DNA of 38,746 nt from positions 1 to 38,746 of IMG/VR virus record IMGVR_UViG_3300037743_000354; one strand, written 5' to 3'. The notes below the pieces were generated by a model. That model was not told where the DNA came from. It saw only the letters and a program-made list of their open reading frames with translations, and searched no databases. A program made the translations under genes and the position numbers. This DNA comes from a virus (taxonomy: Duplodnaviria > Caudoviricetes). Of the stretch, positions 1 through 9,839 are shown one piece after another (positions within the stretch are counted from its first letter, which is position 1; the number at the start of each line of letters is the position of its first letter).

Positions 1-3000
1 TCTCCTGACGCCTCTTCATCCTATGCAGCACTTCCTCCTAAAACGTCTGTTTTCACTATTTCAGATGATGCCCCTCAAAAAAGAGGAATTGGAACTCAAA
101 TTGACTTTGCAGATCAGGCTCTTGGAGTTCTTACAAGTGAAGATTTTGATGAGATCCCTTTCCCTGAGAAGGTAAGCAGGGTAGCCACTCTTTATAATAG
201 CGGTAGCTGGGATGAGGGAACTTACGACACTCTGAAGGAGCTTTCTACTCAACTTCTAGATGGTGCTCCTGTAGAAGACTACCCAAATTTTCAAGATATC
301 GTAGGGGTTCCTCCAAGAGTAGAGAGCGGAGAAGATGCAGAGCAGGTACTTAATGAATGGAAAGATCAAGCCGTTCAAAGATTATTTCAAGAAGGGGTTT
401 CTCCTGCTTTTTTTGGTAATCAGCTTGATGACTATTTAGAGAGGGTCAGTGACGATGAAAGACGTGCGTATACTGCACGGAATAGATCAGCTCTTTCCTG
501 GACCGCTAATAGAGCAGGGAATTTCACTAGAGATTTGATTAAAGGAGGGGTTTCCGCTTTTGCAAAGCCTGTAGCGGGAGTTACCCGTTTAGCGGCTCCA
601 GAAAGTGAGATATCGAATCAAATAGAAGCTCTTCCGGAACTGTTAGGCACTCCTGATAATGATTACATGTACGAGACTACAGAGGATGGGTACTTAGAGT
701 TAAACGAAGACGGAACTCCGAAACTTACGATCCAAACACAGCTTGGACAAATGGGGGGTATGATCGGAGGACTTCTTGCCGGGGGTGTAGGAGCAAGGCT
801 TTTAGGAGCAGGGGCTAAAACTCTTGCGGGGGGTTTTTTTGGTGTAAATACCCTTACTATGGCAAATGACACTTTTCGCCATGTCGAAGAACAAACAGGG
901 GATATAGAGAAAGCATACAAAGCTACACTTGCCGTTCCTCCTGCCGCAGCCGTGGCCACGGTAGGGGATGTGTTAGTGGCTGGAAAAGTTCTTCGTCCAG
1001 CTCTTAAAGGACTTTCCTGGTTTAATATATCCAAATTCGCCGCAAAAGCTTTTTCGAGAGACGCTTCTATAGGAGGTTCTACAAACTTTTTATCGGATGC
1101 AGTACAGCAGGCAGGAGAAATGTCTCAAACGGGAGAAAGTTTCGACCCGCAGAGGGCTGCTATTGTCGGAGGGGCTGGAACTTTAGCAGCCGGAGCTATA
1201 GGAACGGCTTCAGCAGCAATTGAAGCTCCTATAGCTTTTAGACAAAGAGAGATAGCAAGAGCAGACCAGGTTCAAAGGGCTGTTACCGAGACACAGAATT
1301 TTCAAAATAGAGTCGGTAACGAAGGGAGAGTAAATCTTCCTCCGGAAGATTTTCCTCCTGATGTTCTTTCAGAGCTAGGAATGCAGGCATCTCCTCATCC
1401 TGAAGGAGGAACACTTCTTACCAGAAATACAGATACAGGAGTAATAGAAGGTACGGCAGACGAATTACCAAGACTTCTTAGCGGGGCAAAGAATTTACTC
1501 ACTCCGGATGAATTAGGTCGAGTTTCCCGGGAAAGAGCTTTACTCCTTGAAAAACAAAGACTCGGAACTCTTACTGAATCGGAAGGTATGAGAATTTCAG
1601 AGTTGGATACTGTTTTAGAAGCTACCTCTAATCCTAATCATATAAATAATATTAAGTCTTTTGAAACCGGGATACATAAAGCGTTGCAAGAAGATCCAAG
1701 TGCTGCTCCGTACCGTTGGGATGAGCACAGATCTCTGTGGGAGCACACGGAATCGGGCGAAACTGCCCCCTTTCTTAAAGATTTAATGTCTAGACAATCA
1801 GGGGAGGGACCTGCATATATCTTGGATGTCTCGGATACCTCTTCCGTTAGAATTCTCGATGAGGAGTCCTTACCCTCAAAACCAATACTTGAAGCCCTTG
1901 AGGCTGAAAGTGCCGAACTTGGAAAAACAATTGAAGACGTGGAAGGAAGACTTCTTACACAGAGAGAAGACCTTTCAAAACTTGAAGCTCAGAGAAAAGA
2001 GGTTGTTAACACAAATAAGAAATCAGAGACGTACAATAGAAATTTGGAAGCTAAGAAAGCGAGAGCTACAAAAAATATTACTGATTTACAGGAAAGAAAG
2101 AAATTACTAGAAGCCCGTAAAGAAAGTATACGAAGGAAAATGGAGTCTCGTAAGAAAGAAACTCCTGAAGAGTTTACGCGGCAGTCAAAAACTGTTGATC
2201 TCCGCTTGAAGGTATTGAATAGGAATATCGCAAAACAAGAAAGAATACTGGAGTCCTCAGCAGGGAGAGAAAAAAAAGCAAAAGCTTCAGAAAGACTTGC
2301 GGATCTAAGAGATAGAAAAGAAATAGCAGAGTCTCAAAGGGAAAGTGTCCGAAAGAAAATAGAGTCTCGAAAAACAGAAACCCCTGAACAGTTCGTACAG
2401 CGGTTAGAAAACGTGGACACCCAACTTCGAAGAGTAGATCGTAATATCTCAAAACAAGAAGAGTTAATTCAACGATCTCCAAAAGATATAACTCCTACTG
2501 AGGATCTTGATACCAGGGCAAAGAATATAGAAACCTTAAATAAGGATTATGAGAAGTTCCTGGAAGAGCGTCTAGCAAGAAGCCGCGAACTTAATAGTGA
2601 AAAGAAAATCGCAGCTAAGGAGCTTGAAAAAGACTATAAAAGTATAGAGAAAGTAAAAGGGAAAGGGCATGGAGCTTTAATATCTTCTGAAGGAAAACAG
2701 TCTATTGTCATTCCAAAAGGACTTGCCCCTGACGTAAAAGAGGAAGTTTTAGCTCACGAGCTTTCACACGCTATTACAGATAAAATTCCAATTCCAAAAG
2801 ATATTGAATATTCTATTGCAAGGGACCTTTCCGCTTTACAAACAAAAGGAAGCATAGGTACTGCATCCGAAGTTGCAGAAGACGTTTTACTTCCTGGAAT
2901 AAGGTCTGTAACTCAGATTCCTGAAGGGGTTTCTGTGAAGAACTTACAAAAACAATCACGGGAAGCTCTCCTTTCAAGAAGAGAGTACCTAGCCAACCAG

Positions 3001-5796
3001 ATTGCAGCGGAAATGCTTAGACGAGCAGGAAGAGAAGTTCCCGGAATAAAGGTAAATCCTGAGTTACAGGCTTTTCTAAAAGAAGTGAATCTTCCAAAAC
3101 TTCCAGAACGTGCACCTGTTGCTTCGTCAGACGGCCCTCCAGTTGTTCCCGACATTTCGAAGTCCGGCACAGGGGACGGACCTCCTCTGACTTCGGAGGG
3201 GGAAGGGGGTGTTGGAGGGGGCCTCCCTCCCTCAGAAGGATCCGGAATACCTCCGGGAAAAGCGGATGATGGAAGTCTTTTCTCTACCAGGTCAGGCGAG
3301 AGGAAAGAAACCAGGTTTTCTAAGAGGGTGAGTAAAGAGGCCCCTGGAGTAGAGCCTGTAACATACGAAGCAATTTCCAACGTTCAAGGAAGCCGTGGAG
3401 CAGCAGAATATATTAACCGGCACGGTGTAGAGGCTACAACTAAACTCTTGACTGACACATCATCCAAATCGGACGGAATTCCGGGAGAACAAAGATCCTA
3501 CTTGGCGAATGCACTTTTAGAAAAAGCAGATGCAGAGTACAGGGCTAATCCTACTAGAGAGAACTGGGAAAAATCTTTTGCCGCGTTTCAAGTACGCGCT
3601 TCTATTGCAACAGGGGCGGGCCAAACGCTTGGAGCCCTTTCAAATACCCTTAATGCTGATACATTTACAGGGTTTATTACATCCCTTAGGCAGCAGTTAA
3701 GATTAGGAGATCCAAAATCAACCGATTTTACAGATTTTGCACTGAAAAAGTTAGAAGCTATCTGGGAAGCATATAAAAAGGCACCTGAAGGGCAGGTCAA
3801 AAACGATCTTAAAGGGGAAGCTCAGAAAATAGCACTTCAGGATCAGAAAATTAATTGGTGGGACTGGTCCCGTTCTTATATCCGGGGGAACTATATTTCA
3901 GGGGTAGGGACATTTAATATTAACATTTTGGGCGGTGCATTTATGGCCCCTGTATTTACCGCACTTAGGCATCCTACACTTGCGCTGGTTTCGGCAAAGT
4001 CTCTTTTTGAATCTGTTCCGTTAGCATTTTCGGATGCAAAAAGAGTTTTAAGAGGAAGAGAGGCGACTTTATTTTTTGATAAGCTTGCAGATCCTACCCC
4101 TTTATACATTGCAGACAATGCAAATATTGCAACTGCCGCAGCTTCTTTATACAACCGATTCGGAAAGCAGGTTCTAAGGTTTTTAAAAGCAGGAGATTCT
4201 TTTAACCGGAGACTTGCTTCGAATATGTACGCGTCACAAGAATCGGTAAAAAGATTAAAGCGTCTTTACGGAAAAGATCCCGAGCGGTACACCCTTGAAG
4301 CGTCAAAACTTATAACCTCTCCTGAGAAAAAAGCATTTGCTCTTAATCAAGCTGAGCAAGAGTATAAAACTTCCGGTCTTCCGTACAATAAAGATGATGT
4401 TGCTGTACGGGCCTATGAAATTATGGCATCCGGAGATATAGATCCTAATATCCTAATGAAAGCTTCCGATTGGACGGATATCGTGAGTTTGCGGGGAACT
4501 TTAGGCCATGTCCCTTACCGGGCTCTTAATGATTCTCTACAGGGTATTACTAAACGGTATCCAAAGCTTGGAACAGCTACCGTACTTGCTCTTCCTTTTG
4601 GAAGAGCCCTTTTCGGCCTTCTCGATTTTACAACAGATTTTGTACCGGGAACTGTGTTCGCTAAAAAGCTGTCTCAGCCCGGTGTTTTCCCGGAAGGCTC
4701 TCCTGAGTGGAGTAAACAACAAACGCATATAGAACGTTCAGTTGCAGGGCAAAAAGTAGCCGGTACTATAGGTTCAGTTCTACTGGCAGGGGCCTTAGCC
4801 GATTGGATTGAAATAACAGGAGAAGAAACTCAAGTACTAGATAGAACTCCAGGGGACGATAAGGATCAAGTGGGGAGGGCTGCAAAAGGAAGAAGGCACT
4901 TTGAAGAGTTCAAGCAAACAGGTGAAAGTCCACATACAATAAGATTTAAAGGTACTGATATAGGTTTTGTATACAGGGATGTTCCCGGACTCAATGTAAT
5001 TGTAGCAGGGGTGAAAAGTGTAAAAGAGTCTATTGACGAAGGAAGAGATCCTTTCGATGCCGCTGTTCGGTTTTACAGCTCGTCTCTTAATCATATGTTC
5101 GCAGCTACAAGTCTTTCCGCTCCGTACAAGAAAATATGGGATTCCATTTTCGATACAGACGGGGATGCCGCAGAACAAAGAAGCCGCTTGGGGAAAGCAT
5201 TCGATCAGTTTGCACGGCAAACATCGGGAGCTTTTATTCCAGCATCTTCTCTTTTAAGAGATGTTAAGAAAGCATATGACGACACCCCTGAATCTACAGT
5301 ACAAGATACGGTGTCGTACATTTTCCGGGACATTCCAGGGGCGTCTGAAATATTTGGGAGTCTTCCAGCACTCGATGTATACGGAGAAGAGCAAAAAAGA
5401 AGTATTTCAGAGCGTATTCCAGGACTTTCACGGGTAGCGGGAATAAAGAAAGCGCCTGACAGCTCCCTTGAAATGGAGCAGCAGCGTCAGGGTCTTATAA
5501 TGCCTGCAGACGATAAAATCGTTAAGTTCACAAAAGGGCAATTTCCAAACGAAACTTCAAGAGAGAAACTAACGCTTTCAAGAGAAGACAGACTCGGAAA
5601 AGCGTATGTAAACGCTTTTACGCCTCAAGAATGGTACGATTACGTTAAAGCTACAGGCCCTCAATTAAAAAGAGTTATGATTGAAGAATTGGCTTCCGAT
5701 GATCCTACAGACGTAAAACAGCAGCGGATAATAAGACGAGCAAAACAGGTACGGGATACATACAAAAAGAACTATATCAGGTCTGGGAAATTTTAG
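1..5796 (+). CDS. Giant virion-associated/DNA ejection-type polyvalent protein, 5'-truncated; coiled-coil region and zincin-like HExxH motif
   Basis: Frame 1 is open from position 1 to the TAG at 5796, so the gene starts upstream of the window and the ORF-track start at 535 is internal. It has Gly/Ala-rich hydrophobic N-terminal helices, a long charged coiled coil with a ~73-aa-spaced internal duplication, HELSH at 2755-2769 and a Gly/Pro linker. Size and architecture match large internal virion proteins of podoviruses (inference). Confidence 0.7.
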   Translation, partial: SPDASSSYAALPPKTSVFTISDDAPQKRGIGTQIDFADQALGVLTSEDFDEIPFPEKVSRVATLYNSGSWDEGTYDTLKELSTQLLDGAPVEDYPNFQDIVGVPPRVESGEDAEQVLNEWKDQAVQRLFQEGVSPAFFGNQLDDYLERVSDDERRAYTARNRSALSWTANRAGNFTRDLIKGGVSAFAKPVAGVTRLAAPESEISNQIEALPELLGTPDNDYMYETTEDGYLELNEDGTPKLTIQTQLGQMGGMIGGLLAGGVGARLLGAGAKTLAGGFFGVNTLTMANDTFRHVEEQTGDIEKAYKATLAVPPAAAVATVGDVLVAGKVLRPALKGLSWFNISKFAAKAFSRDASIGGSTNFLSDAVQQAGEMSQTGESFDPQRAAIVGGAGTLAAGAIGTASAAIEAPIAFRQREIARADQVQRAVTETQNFQNRVGNEGRVNLPPEDFPPDVLSELGMQASPHPEGGTLLTRNTDTGVIEGTADELPRLLSGAKNLLTPDELGRVSRERALLLEKQRLGTLTESEGMRISELDTVLEATSNPNHINNIKSFETGIHKALQEDPSAAPYRWDEHRSLWEHTESGETAPFLKDLMSRQSGEGPAYILDVSDTSSVRILDEESLPSKPILEALEAESAELGKTIEDVEGRLLTQREDLSKLEAQRKEVVNTNKKSETYNRNLEAKKARATKNITDLQERKKLLEARKESIRRKMESRKKETPEEFTRQSKTVDLRLKVLNRNIAKQERILESSAGREKKAKASERLADLRDRKEIAESQRESVRKKIESRKTETPEQFVQRLENVDTQLRRVDRNISKQEELIQRSPKDITPTEDLDTRAKNIETLNKDYEKFLEERLARSRELNSEKKIAAKELEKDYKSIEKVKGKGHGALISSEGKQSIVIPKGLAPDVKEEVLAHELSHAITDKIPIPKDIEYSIARDLSALQTKGSIGTASEVAEDVLLPGIRSVTQIPEGVSVKNLQKQSREALLSRREYLANQIAAEMLRRAGREVPGIKVNPELQAFLKEVNLPKLPERAPVASSDGPPVVPDISKSGTGDGPPLTSEGEGGVGGGLPPSEGSGIPPGKADDGSLFSTRSGERKETRFSKRVSKEAPGVEPVTYEAISNVQGSRGAAEYINRHGVEATTKLLTDTSSKSDGIPGEQRSYLANALLEKADAEYRANPTRENWEKSFAAFQVRASIATGAGQTLGALSNTLNADTFTGFITSLRQQLRLGDPKSTDFTDFALKKLEAIWEAYKKAPEGQVKNDLKGEAQKIALQDQKINWWDWSRSYIRGNYISGVGTFNINILGGAFMAPVFTALRHPTLALVSAKSLFESVPLAFSDAKRVLRGREATLFFDKLADPTPLYIADNANIATAAASLYNRFGKQVLRFLKAGDSFNRRLASNMYASQESVKRLKRLYGKDPERYTLEASKLITSPEKKAFALNQAEQEYKTSGLPYNKDDVAVRAYEIMASGDIDPNILMKASDWTDIVSLRGTLGHVPYRALNDSLQGITKRYPKLGTATVLALPFGRALFGLLDFTTDFVPGTVFAKKLSQPGVFPEGSPEWSKQQTHIERSVAGQKVAGTIGSVLLAGALADWIEITGEETQVLDRTPGDDKDQVGRAAKGRRHFEEFKQTGESPHTIRFKGTDIGFVYRDVPGLNVIVAGVKSVKESIDEGRDPFDAAVRFYSSSLNHMFAATSLSAPYKKIWDSIFDTDGDAAEQRSRLGKAFDQFARQTSGAFIPASSLLRDVKKAYDDTPESTVQDTVSYIFRDIPGASEIFGSLPALDVYGEEQKRSISERIPGLSRVAGIKKAPDSSLEMEQQRQGLIMPADDKIVKFTKGQFPNETSREKLTLSREDRLGKAYVNAFTPQEWYDYVKATGPQLKRVMIEELASDDPTDVKQQRIIRRAKQVRDTYKKNYIRSGKF
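2116..2470 (+). repeat. Internal duplication in the coiled coil of the giant protein
   Basis: ESIRRKMESRKKETPEEFTRQSKTVDLRLKVLNRNIAKQE versus ESVRKKIESRKTETPEQFVQRLENVDTQLRRVDRNISKQE, 219 nt apart. Confidence 0.8.
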
Positions 5797-6277
5797 AATA
5801 TTTCTCTTTTGCGTATAAAGCGATGCAGTAAGCATCACTGTAGTTATGTTTTTTTCCGTCTGAAATGTGTAGTAAACTAAAAACTTCCGGAGCGGCTTCT
5901 AACATGAACTCAAGGGAAGGCTTATCGTCCGGATATTTCTTTTTTCGGAGACCTAAATCTTCCATCCAGTTTTGAGGTTTTACTTTTTCGTGCGAAATCC
6001 CTTCGTAAGTGAGCCAAAAAGAAAGTGCTCCAAACGAGGTCATAAGTTTTTCAGCCGATACCGGGCTTTGAACAGGGCTTACAGTGACTTTTTCAATCGC
6101 AGCGTATTCGACTGTGAAATTCTTTTTTAAGTGTTTAAGGCCATTTGAAAGATCATTCCAATTAAATGCAGAAATGAATCCCGGTAAATTCAAACTTTTT
6201 TCTTCTACGTAGCAGATTACCCCTTCCACGCCAGGATCAATTCCAAGATATACTCGTTTCTTCTGATAGGGTTTCAT
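5777..6277 (-). CDS. ruvC: RuvC-like Holliday junction resolvase
   Basis: N-terminal LGIDPGxxG, central IE, PxxW and C-terminal DAxxIA motifs of the phage RuvC family. Overlaps the convergent giant gene by 20 bp. Confidence 0.85.
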   Translation of the reverse strand: MKPYQKKRVYLGIDPGVEGVICYVEEKSLNLPGFISAFNWNDLSNGLKHLKKNFTVEYAAIEKVTVSPVQSPVSAEKLMTSFGALSFWLTYEGISHEKVKPQNWMEDLGLRKKKYPDDKPSLEFMLEAAPEVFSLLHISDGKKHNYSDAYCIALYAKEKYSKISQT

Positions 6278-6557
6278 AGGCTTTGGATAGTAAGCGTTTA
6301 ATTTCTATTCCTCCTAAGTCCAAGGCTTCAATACACATCTTAAAAGTTACTTTTCCAGGGGGAACAGGTGTATCGGCGTTCAAAGCATAATCTAAAAACC
6401 AGTTACGGGCATTAGCACGGTCATAAGAACTTATACGGGGATGTAAATCCCTGACTGCACGTTCCAGTACAGCGGCAAAGAGAGTTCTCTCTGGAGATAG
6501 AAAAGAGGGGATCTCTTCTGGGATGTATGTCTGAATCCTTTTTAGAATTTTAGACAT
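6237..6557 (-). CDS. Conserved phage hypothetical protein (LFAAVLERAVRD...ARNWF...F..C..LDL)
   Basis: The ORF track gives 6237..6659. ATG at 6557 is preferred because the upstream part is occupied by a separate small gene (6589..6741). The motif pattern is familiar from small phage proteins; function unknown. Confidence 0.6.
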   Translation of the reverse strand: MSKILKRIQTYIPEEIPSFLSPERTLFAAVLERAVRDLHPRISSYDRANARNWFLDYALNADTPVPPGKVTFKMCIEALDLGGIEIKRLLSKAYETLSEETSISWN

Positions 6558-6588
6558 GTCAGTTAGATGCTCGGAAGGGAGAAAGGAT

Positions 6589-6741
6589 TTATTTTTTCTT
6601 CTTACTCCTTTTCTTTCCTTTCTCAACTCCCGAAATAGTTCCTTTGTTCCGGGACGCATAAAACACGCTCTTTCCTTTTTTGGAACCGTAAGTTTTCTGC
6701 ATGTTTTTAATTATCTTTTTCCCTTTGTTGGTGAGCGGCAT
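6589..6741 (-). CDS. Small basic phage protein, 50 aa (not in the ORF track)
   Basis: My translation is MPLTNKGKKIIKNMQKTYGSKKGKSVFYASRNKGTISGVEKGKKRSKKKK*, preceded by GAAGGG. It resembles a recurrent small phage family (MPLTxKGxKI...YG.KKG..VFYAS.NKG), recalled from memory. Confidence 0.75.
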   Translation of the reverse strand: MPLTNKGKKIIKNMQKTYGSKKGKSVFYASRNKGTISGVEKGKKRSKKKK

Positions 6742-6755
6742 TTTAATCCCTTCTG

Positions 6756-7094
6756 CTAGTACCTGCTTCGACGAGTCATTTTTTTATCCGCTTTACGCTT
6801 AGACCGTTTAGTAGGCTGGATAGATGCCATGGAGCGTTTTTTCTTCTTGGGAGGTTTTCGAGTCAGGCTTCCTTTAAAATTTAAAGGTCCTGATACAGAG
6901 CTTGACTTTGATCCTGAAGACGCCCTGGATGCGGTTGTCGATGTCTTAGAGGACCCTACGGTAAGTCCCGGACTTACTCTAGGGGTTCCTCCTCCCCGGG
7001 AGGGAGAGCCCGCAGTTACTCCGGGTTTTACATTTCCTTGAGGGGATCTTTTTGTCCCCCTTCCAATCGGTTTTGCACGTTTTTTAGCCATCAC
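6756..7094 (-). CDS. Lys/Arg/Ser-rich, very basic disordered protein
   Basis: 112-aa ORF that fits the leftward operon, with GAGG upstream and overlap of the upstream stop. No recognisable domain. Confidence 0.6.
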   Translation of the reverse strand: MMAKKRAKPIGRGTKRSPQGNVKPGVTAGSPSRGGGTPRVSPGLTVGSSKTSTTASRASSGSKSSSVSGPLNFKGSLTRKPPKKKKRSMASIQPTKRSKRKADKKMTRRSRY

Positions 7095-7548
7095 TATTTT
7101 CCTCTTTTAACTTTTCAACTTCTGCTTCCACCCCGGGATCCGGAAGTATTTCAGGATCCCCTCTTAAAGTTTGAATTTCTTTTTGCAAAAGCTCTATCTG
7201 TTGCGTCAAAAAATTCAATCGGTTGGCAGCTCCTTGGTCTACCGCTTGTGCAAACTTTTGAAGCTCTGCTAACCCTTTTTCCGCCTTACTAATAGTAGAC
7301 TGAATTTCGACTAGAGCAAGAGATAATTTTGTGACTGACTCAAGGAGATTAACACCTGCTTTATCGTTAGAAGCTATAGCTCCGCCTTCGGCAAGTACTT
7401 TAGACAAAGTTCCTATAAGAGCGGCTGTTTCATTGGATTTTTGGTCTCCTTTATTGGGCGTCGTGTTTCCTGATATCAACTTTCTCGTTCCTAACTGATT
7501 TAAAGTTTCTTTCGGATTAAAAGCTTCTTTCGGATTAACTGTTTTCAT
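7084..7548 (-). CDS. Hypothetical coiled-coil protein
   Basis: The ORF track gives 7084..7617. ATG at 7548 overlaps the upstream TAA (TAATG coupling). Heptad-rich C-terminal half. Confidence 0.6.
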   Translation of the reverse strand: MKTVNPKEAFNPKETLNQLGTRKLISGNTTPNKGDQKSNETAALIGTLSKVLAEGGAIASNDKAGVNLLESVTKLSLALVEIQSTISKAEKGLAELQKFAQAVDQGAANRLNFLTQQIELLQKEIQTLRGDPEILPDPGVEAEVEKLKEENSDG

Positions 7549-8735
7549 TATCTGTAAACTCCTTGACGAATTCCGGGAATTAAAGGTCCGTAACAACTCT
7601 TTTTCTTCCGTAACCATACATAGGGGGAGCCTTGGGTGTCAAAGGCTTTTTTCTCAAAAAAGTACCCTGTTTTCCGTTTACCAGGCTTCCATCCGGAATA
7701 GTACCGATTGAGGTTTCCTTTAAATCGCCCATAGAACCCAAGCTTCCCTACACGCTTACCTTTTGCCCCCATTAGAGCGTAAAAGGAAGGTTTTCCGGGA
7801 AGAATAGCTACCGGGTAGTTGGATCGGGAGTCAAAGGTCCCTTTGTCCTCAGCTAGAGGCTTCCATATGAATGGGGCTTTAAAAGGCTTAACGTTGCATG
7901 GGAGGGTTGCAGAAGGTACGTTAGGGCGTAAGTCCATTACGTGGGCGAACTGTTCAAAGTGAGCAGCCGCAGGGCAGCTCGTGCGTTTTCTAGGATCCTG
8001 AAAAGAGCCTAAATTCCTACAGTTATACATTCTCGACCAAAAGAATGTTATTTTGTTTGCTTTAGTATTTTTAAGCCATTTTGAAACATTTATATCGGTT
8101 CCTTCCATTCCGTCCAGAGACGATATATCAACTCCCGGATGAGGATTTTGTCCGTGGTGTTCGATCCATGCGCCTAAGAATTTCTCCCCCCTTCCATCCA
8201 TAGGGTTATTCACTAGCTGAATTCGGGGCCAGACCGATTTTACTTCGGTAGCCAGAATTCTCCATGCTTTCTGGCTCAAATTATGTTCAAGAGCTGGAGA
8301 AACTAAAAAGGAAATATGCGGAAGTTCTCGGCTAATACCTTTATACAATTCTAAGCGAGTTCGAAGATGTTTTAGTATTTTTTGAGTTCGAGCGTCTGAA
8401 ATTTTTTCTAGGGTGTTTGAGAGGCTGTTTACAGTGAAGCCATTCAGAGGTTCATATTTTCCGCAATTGCCATTACGGACGCACACAGTATTGAGAATAT
8501 GTACGCGAAAAATAGAATAACGACCACTATGAAGAGAAGCACGTATACTGGAAAGCGAAGAACCGAACGTAAAATCAAGAGTGCCAAGAGCACTGCCTGA
8601 AGGAGTAAACTCGAATGCCTTTTTCGTACTAAACTTCGGATGTTGAAGCGCGAGTTGATCATACCCCAATACTCTTTCTTCTGTTATTCCGGTTGAGCAT
8701 ACGAGTATCGCAAGAATAAGTATAAGTAACTTCAT
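7548..8735 (-). CDS. Secreted/exported protein of unknown function
   Basis: N-terminal MKLLILILAILVCSTG signal-like peptide followed by a basic, Cys-containing globular region. ATGA overlap with the upstream gene. Confidence 0.65.
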   Translation of the reverse strand: MKLLILILAILVCSTGITEERVLGYDQLALQHPKFSTKKAFEFTPSGSALGTLDFTFGSSLSSIRASLHSGRYSIFRVHILNTVCVRNGNCGKYEPLNGFTVNSLSNTLEKISDARTQKILKHLRTRLELYKGISRELPHISFLVSPALEHNLSQKAWRILATEVKSVWPRIQLVNNPMDGRGEKFLGAWIEHHGQNPHPGVDISSLDGMEGTDINVSKWLKNTKANKITFFWSRMYNCRNLGSFQDPRKRTSCPAAAHFEQFAHVMDLRPNVPSATLPCNVKPFKAPFIWKPLAEDKGTFDSRSNYPVAILPGKPSFYALMGAKGKRVGKLGFYGRFKGNLNRYYSGWKPGKRKTGYFFEKKAFDTQGSPYVWLRKKKSCYGPLIPGIRQGVYR

Positions 8736-9055
8736 TTAAAACTCTTAGGAGGAGTCAGAAAAAGAATTCTGGACACTCGAAACTCGGGAAGGCCGTAACT
8801 CCTGATAACCTTTTCCCATCGAGGAGGATTGATTCCTCTTCTTATTCTAACTAATTCTTCGTAATTTAACCCCCAATCGACTATACGAAGAAGGGAAGCG
8901 GTTTCAGCTACTCTTGAGACTGGAACCTTTCCTCTTCTTTTCCAGTTTTCTACCGCTGTTTTTTCTACCCCAAGTTTATCGGCTATTTTTTTGCACCCTC
9001 CCAGCTTCTCAATTATTGCATTCAAGAGTTCCCGTTGTCCGGATGCGGTATCCAT
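8732..9055 (-). CDS. Cro-like helix-turn-helix DNA-binding protein
   Basis: IIEKLGGCKKIADKLGVEKTAVENWKRRGKVP is a Cro/YdaS-type HTH. ATG at 9055 lies just after the upstream stop (ORF track starts at 9148). Confidence 0.75.
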   Translation of the reverse strand: MDTASGQRELLNAIIEKLGGCKKIADKLGVEKTAVENWKRRGKVPVSRVAETASLLRIVDWGLNYEELVRIRRGINPPRWEKVIRSYGLPEFRVSRILFLTPPKSFK

Positions 9056-9056
9056 T

Positions 9057-9836
9057 TCAGGGTCCTTCTGGAAGAAGAGGTTTCTGATTAAAGAACCGTT
9101 TGTGGCTATTGAGCTTTCGATGGATCTCAAGATACGTTTCAAAGTCATCCTCCCCTACCCATGATTTAAGTATAGAAAAATTTGTATCTGTTCTCCAGTC
9201 CTTTCTATGCGGTCTGTGCCCTAGACCTATTCCAGGCCGTCCTGGAAGCCCTTTCATACCGCATACAAGACCCGTATCTACAAATATGAAAGTTGATACC
9301 CCTTCCAGCTTAGCCCTGGACCAAAAAGCAGCATCGATAGTTCGGGGAACGTCTAACGCCTCCTCAAAGAGGGAAAGAGCATCTTTTCGAAAAGCCGTTT
9401 GCGGCATAGTGGCGAAATGGCAGTTATTCAGTTCCCGAAACTGTCTGGTTCCGACGTGGTAGTACTTTGCGTTACCTTCTCCTACCAGCCAGTACCCTTG
9501 CTGTAAGAAGGATAATAAGACTTCTATATGCATTGGATGATACCAATCATCGTCTTCAATTACGAAAATATAATCACCTTCGATATGCGGAAGAGCCGTT
9601 TTCAGGTTTATTTTTTGAGTGTTCTTCCCGGGAACCCAGAGTTCAGGGGATTGAATAATTTTAAAATCTGGATCTTCGTCAAGAGGATTTTCTTCATCTA
9701 TTACGGCCAGCCATTGTATGTCGTAACCCTCTCTCCATATAGACTGCCTTCTTATATATTTTTTGCAGAGTTCCCAGGATTCAGGCCGGTGCCCTGTTGG
9801 AGTTATAAGAGTAATCTTAATCGGCAGTTCCGGCAC
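9057..9836 (-). CDS. GT-A fold (family 2-like) glycosyltransferase
   Basis: N-terminal ITLITPT..R, then LAVID and GDYIFVIEDDDWYHP (DxD-type metal/nucleotide-sugar motif). Confidence 0.8.
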   Translation of the reverse strand: MPELPIKITLITPTGHRPESWELCKKYIRRQSIWREGYDIQWLAVIDEENPLDEDPDFKIIQSPELWVPGKNTQKINLKTALPHIEGDYIFVIEDDDWYHPMHIEVLLSFLQQGYWLVGEGNAKYYHVGTRQFRELNNCHFATMPQTAFRKDALSLFEEALDVPRTIDAAFWSRAKLEGVSTFIFVDTGLVCGMKGLPGRPGIGLGHRPHRKDWRTDTNFSILKSWVGEDDFETYLEIHRKLNSHKRFFNQKPLLPEGP

Positions 9837-9839
9837 ATT

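Noticed and set aside
61-5257. Numerous short alternative-frame and antisense ORFs within the giant gene (likewise within polA, primase, terL and portal)
   Set aside because: They overlap long motif-bearing genes and lack independent support.
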